32,000 nt of DNA from Anaerocolumna xylanovorans DSM 12503 (lineage in GTDB: Bacteria > Bacillota > Clostridia > Lachnospirales > Lachnospiraceae), in the NCBI RefSeq assembly GCF_900143645.1, contig NZ_FRFD01000016.1:90722-122721 (forward strand), written 5' to 3'. Both the position numbers and the translations under genes were made by a program. The notes beneath the pieces are model-generated. The model did no database searches and had not been told where the DNA came from. It saw only the letters and a program-made list of their open reading frames with translations. Each line of letters begins with the position of its first letter. Within the stretch, counting starts at the first letter, position 1. Shown here one piece after another: positions 25,836-32,000 of the stretch.

Positions 25836-27077
25836 CTATTGAACTCTTGTCAGATACCACTTTTGGGCATCTGTTCCATTATCCGTCCATTGCTGTACTA
25901 CAGCACCGTCCGCTGTGGAAGAATTGGAGACATCCATTGCCAGACCGGTGGCCTTTGATACCAGCTTATAATAGCCGCCTCCCACATCTACAATCTTCCA
26001 CCTTTGTGCATCATTTCCGTTATCCGCGCACTGCTGAAGCTGTAGACCTACGGTAGCTGCTCCATAAGGAACATCAAGACACTTACCGCTGTGAATGGCC
26101 GTTAACTTATAATATCCTCCCCCCATATCATCAATGCGGAACCTTTGGTTATTCGCACTGTAATTGGTCCATTGCTGCATCTTGGCTCCATCATCATAGG
26201 AAACGTCCTTCACATCCAGTACCTTTCCGCTGCACTTGGCTGCCAAAGTATAAATTCCACCGCTTACAATATTAGGTGTTGAGGTCTGTCCCTGGTATAC
26301 TCTGACATAATCTACAAGCATCTGTGATGGGAAAGGGGTCTGGCCGTTTGGACTGCCTGGCCAGTTTCCGCCCACTGCAAGGTTTAGCAGAATAAAGAAA
26401 GATTTTTGGAATTCTTCTGTTCCGCCTGTGCCGTTCTGAATATAGAATTCATTAAATTGTACACCGTCAACAAACCATCTGATATAATTGGCATCCCATT
26501 CAATTGCATAGGTATGGAACTGGGAGAAATCAAGAGAACCTGATACTTGTCCGTAATCAGCCTGTCCGTTGGAATCCCAGTGAACCGTTCCATTTACATA
26601 TGCATTACTGTTAACACGTTCCATAATGTCGATTTCGCCGCATTTCGGCCAGCCTACTGATGTAATGTTATCACCTAACATCCAGAAAGCAGGCCAAAGC
26701 CCCTGACCGGTAGGAAGCTTAATCCTTGCTTCTATCTTGCCATAAGTGAAGCTCTTAAGACCCTGGGTTTTAATTCTTGCAGAAGTGTAATTCATCCCCC
26801 CGTAAGATTCTTTCTGGGCTGTTATGGCAAGATTGCCACCTGATACTGAAAGGTTCTGCGACCGGCTGGTGTAATATTCCAGCTCATTATTACCCCATCC
26901 CCCACTGCCTGTCCCAATTTCTGCCGTCCATTTGGAGGTATCCAGGCTGCTTCCGTTAAACTCATCGCTCCAAACCAACGTCCAGTTGGCAGCAGCCTTT
27001 GAATTCACAGAAGGCAGCAACGAAATAACAAGAGCTAAAACCAACAATACACTTAAAACTTTCCCTTTTCTTAACAT
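25836..27077 (-). CDS. Secreted GH16 endo-beta-1,3-glucanase (laminarinase-like) with a C-terminal ricin-type beta-trefoil (CBM13) domain
   Basis: There is a signal peptide, then WSDEFNG, the catalytic GEIDIME (ExDxxE) and three ricin QxW repeats (QQW, QRW, QKW). Confidence 0.88.
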   Translation of the reverse strand: MLRKGKVLSVLLVLALVISLLPSVNSKAAANWTLVWSDEFNGSSLDTSKWTAEIGTGSGGWGNNELEYYTSRSQNLSVSGGNLAITAQKESYGGMNYTSARIKTQGLKSFTYGKIEARIKLPTGQGLWPAFWMLGDNITSVGWPKCGEIDIMERVNSNAYVNGTVHWDSNGQADYGQVSGSLDFSQFHTYAIEWDANYIRWFVDGVQFNEFYIQNGTGGTEEFQKSFFILLNLAVGGNWPGSPNGQTPFPSQMLVDYVRVYQGQTSTPNIVSGGIYTLAAKCSGKVLDVKDVSYDDGAKMQQWTNYSANNQRFRIDDMGGGYYKLTAIHSGKCLDVPYGAATVGLQLQQCADNGNDAQRWKIVDVGGGYYKLVSKATGLAMDVSNSSTADGAVVQQWTDNGTDAQKWYLTRVQ

Positions 27078-27258
27078 AAATACATCTCCTTCTCATTTAT
27101 TATTTCAAACCATGCCGCGCGATCATGGCTTTGAAATCTCGTTAATTCGGGATTATTGGTTCTGCCAGGTTCTTATGTAATAGCACTCATGCATCCTGCA
27201 AGATTGCTTTTGATACTGCTTAAACGAAAAGTGTGAGATGCTCTTCCATACGAAATAT

Positions 27259-27287
27259 ATTATACATCATATCCCATATTTTGTAAA
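27259..27287 (-). promoter_or_regulatory. Putative sigma-A promoter of the GH16 gene
   Basis: On the minus strand: TTTACA (27287-27282), a 17-nt spacer, then TATAAT (27264-27259). This implies a leader of about 175 nt. Confidence 0.55.
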
Positions 27288-27369
27288 TATATTCTGTTAA
27301 TATCTGGTACATTTTTACTATTTTCAGGCATTTTAAATTAGAAAAGCAGAAAGACTGATAAGTCAGACT

Positions 27370-27405
27370 AAAAATCAAAAAGGATACCTCCTCTTGGAAG
27401 TATCC
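27370..27405 (-). terminator. Terminator of the EEP-family gene
   Basis: On the minus strand, GGATACTTCC-aaga-GGAGGTATCC forms a 10-bp stem followed by TTTTTGATTTTT. Confidence 0.7.
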
Positions 27406-27447
27406 CATATAAAAATAATCATTTTTCTAATGACTTATTCAAGAAAA

Positions 27448-28506
27448 CTATTTAAATTTAAAGGTTAATTTTACTGGTTGATGATCTGAATATTGAAATT
27501 CTGTAGGTATAACATTTACATTTTGTACTTGTATATTATTAGATACAATAAATCCATCAATGATATACATTTGTGAAGTTTCATAGGACCCCGTATATGG
27601 TCCATTTAACATACGGCATGTGGGGATGCTATCATCTACTGCAAATGAAAATGTATCTGCTATATCCTTCTTTCCAATAATTCCAGGCATCCAATTTCCC
27701 TGTTCTAATATTGGATATTGCTTATATCCTTCAAACATTTGATTAAAATCTCCTCCGGCAATAACATAATTACCTTTTTCATATTCTTTTTCAAGGATAT
27801 CCGCCAGCATTTTACTTTGTGCAATCTTTCCTGCTCCACTGTCATAGGCTTCCAGATGTAAATTAAATAATACAAGTTCTTTCTTTGTACCCTCTATAGG
27901 AATTCTAGCCTCAAGAAGAGCACGTTTCAGATTACATATTTTAAGGGGCCAGCGAAAAGATTCAGGAAGTGAGATTCGTGAGGCCGAATTTACTTCTAAA
28001 TCTGTTAAAGTAACTAATCCTGCTTCTACATGTCCAATTGTCGGAATGGGATACGGTATATAATCACACTTAAAGTTATAAGAGAACATGCCTGGTATTT
28101 GTAAAGCTTTTTCCAAATATTGCATTTCATTTATATGATAAGAACGTTTGGAATTTATATCAACTTCCTGAAGGAAATAAATATCTGCAGGATTACTCTT
28201 CATGACATTTGCATTTCCTAATAAATTTTTTTCTACAACCTCCTTATTGTCTGGCCTTACCTTTGTTCCTCCATCCATAAAGAAGTCCTCTGTGCTGCCT
28301 AAAGCAGCATAACCTATATTATATGTAATAACCGTTAATTCCGTATCTTGATTTACTTTTTTACTTCCATTTGATACAGAAAGCACCTCCACGTCAGAAG
28401 GACGATATTCACGTATAGTAAGAAATACAATTCCAGCTGCAAATAATCCTGAAAGTATGGCAATGATTATAACACACCATTTTACAATTTGCTTGATTCT
28501 TTTCAT
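27448..28506 (-). CDS. Endonuclease/exonuclease/phosphatase (EEP) family protein with an N-terminal TM anchor
   Basis: EEP motifs are present: VITYNIGY, FLQEVD, GGDFN and the C-terminal SDHQPV. An AAGGAGAAA SD is present. Confidence 0.8.
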   Translation of the reverse strand: MKRIKQIVKWCVIIIAILSGLFAAGIVFLTIREYRPSDVEVLSVSNGSKKVNQDTELTVITYNIGYAALGSTEDFFMDGGTKVRPDNKEVVEKNLLGNANVMKSNPADIYFLQEVDINSKRSYHINEMQYLEKALQIPGMFSYNFKCDYIPYPIPTIGHVEAGLVTLTDLEVNSASRISLPESFRWPLKICNLKRALLEARIPIEGTKKELVLFNLHLEAYDSGAGKIAQSKMLADILEKEYEKGNYVIAGGDFNQMFEGYKQYPILEQGNWMPGIIGKKDIADTFSFAVDDSIPTCRMLNGPYTGSYETSQMYIIDGFIVSNNIQVQNVNVIPTEFQYSDHQPVKLTFKFK

Positions 28507-29067
28507 AACTTTTTCTCCTTCTTAATGCCCATGTATTTTTCTTTCCCATATATTTATTTTCAGTTTATTCACCGGAACCTATAATTAATCCTATTCATTA
28601 TATACCTGCAACATACAAACATCATGGGATATTCACCTCCTGAAAAATCTATTTTCCTTTTCCTATTGCTTTCTGAAAGAAGCACACTTAAACCAGACCT
28701 AAGGGTTTCTCCTTTTATATAAATATTATGTGGTAACTTCATTCTAACAAAGTTGAAACTCTTTTTCTATTGTTTGGCTTCACTTAATAGGTGAAAGTGA
28801 TATGCCTCCTACCTCTTTTTGTAAGCCTTACCTGAAGCATCCGCAGTAATAGCCGCAGCTACTGCTTCAATAAAAAGTGAAAGATGTTTGTTGTTTACAT
28901 AAATTATTATAATAAAGGCTACTTAAAATAGCATTAAACTATACAATACAACCATACGAATAAAAGATAGAAATATTCGGTCCTTCATATGATTTTTCAA
29001 AGCTGTTATTAATTTAACTATTATACTTCATTTAAAAGGCCCTCTGTTCTTAAGGATTTTAAGACTG

Positions 29068-29096
29068 TTGACCGTTATCTCAAGACAATATATAAT
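29068..29096 (+). promoter_or_regulatory. Orphan near-consensus sigma-A promoter in a gene-less gap
   Basis: TTGACC (29068-29073), exactly 17 nt of spacer, then TATAAT (29091-29096). An ATG lies 7 nt downstream, at 29103. Confidence 0.5.
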
Positions 29097-29264
29097 AGTG
29101 TTATGCAGCATTTAGTGCAATATTTTTCTATCCTGTCCATTCACAAAAACCCCAAATCCAGGAATAACATGCGGCCAAACTTTGGTGAAATTGCCCAAAT
29201 TGTCAACCCTGTCAAGTTTCAATAAATTCAGGATGATACAGCCTCTGCTACGGACTTTACCTTT

Positions 29265-29321
29265 ATTAATAAAACTCCCCTGTAAGAACCGGTAATTTTA
29301 CCTTAATTCTTACAGGGGAGT
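29265..29321. terminator. Bidirectional terminator (SDR operon on the minus strand; orphan transcript on the plus strand)
   Basis: A perfect 15-bp stem, ACTCCCCTGTAAGAA (29274-29288) with TTCTTACAGGGGAGT (29307-29321), is flanked by T-rich runs on both strands. Confidence 0.75.
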
Positions 29322-29339
29322 TATTAATTGCTTTTTAAT

Positions 29340-30362
29340 TTAATCCTGACCTTTGATTGCTTTTACTGCATTATCCAGTGCTTCTATTACCTTATCACAC
29401 CACTGGTCGAATTCCACATCCTCTTTCTGGCATTCGGGATGGCTAAGCACATAATTTACTGTTTCCTTTACCTGCTGGTCAAAGCGTTTGGTACAGGTAA
29501 AACCCGGAACCAGCCTTTTGATTTTGGAATTGTCAAATACAACAGAATTTGCTTTATCTCCGATAAGGGCTCCTTTAAAATCCTCTGTGCTGGCGGCATC
29601 CAGGAATTCAGAGGAAACATAATATGCATTTAACGGAACTCCCAACGCATCTGCAACTGCTTTATGAATCTGATTCCAGGTAAGGGTTTCATCGGAAGTA
29701 ATCTGAACAGCTTCTCCAATTGCATGAATATTACCCATTAATCCAATAAAACCTTTGGCAAAGTCACTGTTATGGGTCACTGTCCAAAGAGCGGTTCCGT
29801 CTCCATGTATCAGAACCTTTTTTCCCTCCAGCATTCTCTTTAATACCTGATAGCTTCCTTTTGCACCATGAATACCAACGGGAACATTTCTTTCATCATA
29901 AGTATGGCTGGGTCTTACGATAGTTACTGGGAAGCCCTCTTCTCTGTAAAGCTTCATAAGATAATCCTCACATGCAATCTTATTTCTGGAATATTCCCAA
30001 TAGGGATTTGCCAGAGGAGTTCCTTCCGTAATTCGGTAATCTGACAATGGTTTCTGGTATGCGGAAGCAGAGCTGATGAAGATAAACTGTTTTGTTTTAT
30101 CTTTAAACAGCCTGTAATCTCTCTTAAGCTGTTCCGGCACAAAGGCAATGAAATCCGCTACTACATCAAAATCAAGGTCTTTGATAAGTCCTGCAACTTT
30201 TTCTTCCTCACCGATATCTGCAACCAATTCCTTTACTCTGCCGTCAAAGATATTGTTTTTACTGCCTCTGTTAAGTAAATACAATTCGTGTCCGTCCTTT
30301 GCCAGCTCCTTTGAAATGGCCGTGCTTATCGTTCCTGTTCCTCCAATAAATAATACCTTCAT
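29340..30362 (-). CDS. NAD-dependent epimerase/dehydratase family protein (extended SDR)
   Basis: The N-terminus has the Rossmann motif MKVLFIGGTGTIS. A YxxxK-like catalytic region (YEYSRNK) is present. Confidence 0.85.
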   Translation of the reverse strand: MKVLFIGGTGTISTAISKELAKDGHELYLLNRGSKNNIFDGRVKELVADIGEEEKVAGLIKDLDFDVVADFIAFVPEQLKRDYRLFKDKTKQFIFISSASAYQKPLSDYRITEGTPLANPYWEYSRNKIACEDYLMKLYREEGFPVTIVRPSHTYDERNVPVGIHGAKGSYQVLKRMLEGKKVLIHGDGTALWTVTHNSDFAKGFIGLMGNIHAIGEAVQITSDETLTWNQIHKAVADALGVPLNAYYVSSEFLDAASTEDFKGALIGDKANSVVFDNSKIKRLVPGFTCTKRFDQQVKETVNYVLSHPECQKEDVEFDQWCDKVIEALDNAVKAIKGQD

Positions 30363-30434
30363 AGATTCCTCCTTATCATGTATCTGCTTAGAATAATTTT
30401 ATCTCACTTCATCTGCACCTGCCGGATATTGTTT

Positions 30435-31574
30435 TTACTGCTTTATCAGTATGTCTTCCACTCTTTTTAACTCGTCCCTGATTTTTAAGCTCTGGGGACA
30501 TCTGTCTTCGCACAGACCGCAATCCTTGCAATGCTCTATTGTCTTTCCATCGTTATTTTTATAATTCTTCATCTCATTTTTTGCATAATCTGTAAGCCCG
30601 TATACATTATGGTAGGTATAAAGATTAAAAATCTTAGGAATGTCAATGCCTGCCGGACATGGCTGACAATAGGCACACCCTGTACAATAAAGCTCACTGA
30701 ATTTCTTTAAGTTCTCCGCAGATTCTCCAAGCTGTGCCCATTCTTCCTGGGTTAAGCCTTCCTTACTGCTTCCGATGACCACATTCTTCTCTACCATGTC
30801 CATAGTTCCCATACCGGAAAGTGCGCAGCTTAGATAAGGATTACCCAATACAAACTTAAACGCCAGCTCATAGGTCGATATGGAAGGCTTACCGGTAAGC
30901 TTTGCATAAAGGTCTGTAGGTGCTGCCAGCCTGCCGCCTCCTACCGGTCCCATTGCCACCACACCAAGCCCCTTTGAAGCCGCATACTGAATCATCTCTT
31001 CGTTGCTTCTGTCCAGAAGATTGTACTGAACCAGCATGGTTTCCATGGGAACACCCCTGCTTTCTGCAGTATCAATAATATATTTGATATACTCAGCTTT
31101 GTCATGGAAAGAAAAGGATATATGCTTTATTAAGCCTTCTTCTTTGGCTTTTCTTGCCTCCTCTAAAAGATTAAGGCCAAGAACGCTCTTATCGTATTCC
31201 TCTTTGCTAAGCCCCCAGAAATGATAGAAGTCAATATACTCCATATCCAGCTTTTTTAAGCTTTTCTCTAAAAATCTTCTGTAATCGCCCGCTTCCTTAC
31301 ATTTATCTACCGGAATCTTTGTGGAAACCATGACCTTGTCCCTGATTTCCTTAAGGGCTTTTCCAACCGTAATTTCACTGTTATGATGACAATAATACGG
31401 AGCCGTATCAAAATAATTCACACCGTCTTCATAAGCCTTTAAAAGCATGGGTATGGCTTCATCGTCATTAATATACCACTTTCCGTCTTTTTCATACTCC
31501 GGAAACCTCATACATCCAAATCCCAAAGCAGAAATCATAGCCCCTGTATTACCAAATTTCCTATAGTTCATCAT
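30435..31574 (-). CDS. Aldo/keto reductase fused to a C-terminal 4Fe-4S ferredoxin-type domain
   Basis: An AKR N-terminus (RKFGNTGAMISALGFGCMRF ... DTAPYY) is combined with the C-terminal CTGCAYCQPCP and CKDCGLCEDRCP cluster motifs. Confidence 0.85.
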   Translation of the reverse strand: MMNYRKFGNTGAMISALGFGCMRFPEYEKDGKWYINDDEAIPMLLKAYEDGVNYFDTAPYYCHHNSEITVGKALKEIRDKVMVSTKIPVDKCKEAGDYRRFLEKSLKKLDMEYIDFYHFWGLSKEEYDKSVLGLNLLEEARKAKEEGLIKHISFSFHDKAEYIKYIIDTAESRGVPMETMLVQYNLLDRSNEEMIQYAASKGLGVVAMGPVGGGRLAAPTDLYAKLTGKPSISTYELAFKFVLGNPYLSCALSGMGTMDMVEKNVVIGSSKEGLTQEEWAQLGESAENLKKFSELYCTGCAYCQPCPAGIDIPKIFNLYTYHNVYGLTDYAKNEMKNYKNNDGKTIEHCKDCGLCEDRCPQSLKIRDELKRVEDILIKQ

Positions 31575-31614
31575 AAAACCCCCTGTACTGTGATAGATTT
31601 AGTTTACTTCTTTA

Positions 31615-31645
31615 AGTATACCCCATAGAGTTAACTCTAGGTCAA
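31615..31645 (-). promoter_or_regulatory. MerR-type promoter/operator upstream of the AKR-SDR operon
   Basis: On the minus strand: TTGACC (31645-31640), a 19-nt spacer containing the perfect 14-bp palindrome TAGAGTTAACTCTA (31626-31639), then TATACT (31620-31615). Confidence 0.5.
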
Positions 31646-31823
31646 ACGTTTTTTGCCGCTTTATTAAAAAATACCCGGCATCCGGTAAAATGATAAGTTA
31701 AATTCTACTTTGCAGGACTAAATTCATTTTGAAAGAGTAAATTCTTCTTACATGAATTTAGTTCTGCACGACTTTCTGATATACTAAATTTGTCATGGAT
31801 TCCCCCACAGACAGGAGGCCCAT

Positions 31824-32000
31824 ATGCCAGATAAAAAATATAACCAAAAGCACCTTACTATGACAGAACGTATCTGGATTGAAAAAGGGTTGAACGATGG
31901 TGAAACCTTTGCTTCTATTGCCAGACGAATTGAAAAACATCCAACCACCATCGCTAAGGAGGTTAAGCGTAACCGTTATTTTCCACCACTAAAAGATCGC
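31824..32000 (+). mobile_element. IS30-family transposase gene, 5' end (partial, runs off the right edge)
   Basis: ATG at 31824 follows an AGGAGG SD. MPDKKYNQKHLTMTERIWIEKGLNDGETFASIARRIEKHPTTIAKEVKRNRYFPP matches the N-terminal HTH region typical of IS30 transposases (..L...ER..I..l...g.S...IA..l.r..sTI.rEi.RN). Confidence 0.75.

Noticed and set aside
25778-26056. Antisense ORFs: a 92-aa plus-strand ORF opposite the GH16 gene, others at 26777-27180 and 29328-29633, and 31758-31940 opposite the IS30 start.
   Set aside because: They overlap confidently assigned genes on the opposite strand and have no SD and no recognisable domains.
27131-27146. A CcpA cre-like sequence, TGAAATCTCGTTAA, in the GH16 leader.
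   Set aside because: It lacks the central CG at the consensus position of TGWAANCGNTNWCA, so the match is poor.
27220-27408. A 62-aa minus-strand ORF lies between the EEP and GH16 genes.
   Set aside because: It spans the EEP terminator hairpin and the GH16 promoter, has no SD and is AT-rich with an implausible sequence.
1-32000. A search for CRISPR arrays, long tandem repeats, DGR template/variable repeat pairs and rRNA genes.
   Set aside because: No regularly spaced direct repeats, reverse transcriptase, cas genes or rRNA-like sequence were seen. The repeats inside the Big_2 genes are protein-domain repeats with diverged nucleotide sequence.

Overview
The window looks like chromosomal DNA from a low-GC, spore-forming Firmicute, probably a Clostridia or Lachnospiraceae-like organism. 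Sporulation genes (gpr, spoIIP, dpaA/dpaB) and a T-box leader support this. I call about 30 protein genes. Housekeeping genes include lepA, rpsT, metG, sodA, a peroxiredoxin, a plsY-like gene and a UgtP-like glycosyltransferase. The remainder includes a chemoreceptor, a CE7 esterase, a GH16-ricin glucanase, an anSME radical-SAM enzyme, a GT2-GtrA fusion and an SDR plus AKR-FeS pair. There is one tRNA-Ala(GGC), and the first 59 codons of an IS30-family transposase run off the right edge. No CRISPR array, prophage block, integrase or recognisable defence operon is visible. The region from about 16.3 to 21.6 kb around the tRNA is the most accessory-looking part. It carries a Qnr-like pentapeptide protein, a GNAT, a PG-binding/Zn-motif secreted protein, two tandem standalone DnaJ-type zinc-finger mini-proteins and a stefin-like cystatin homologue. 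Other observations worth follow-up are an orphan consensus promoter plus terminator unit inside an 830-bp gene-less gap, and a MerR-type promoter (19-bp spacer with a perfect dyad) that has no MerR gene next to it. A repeated A/U-rich hairpin element abuts the stop codons of lepA and metG. The T-box-controlled MetRS has KAGSS in the KMSKS position. All promoter, terminator and homology calls were made by eye or from memory and need computational confirmation.
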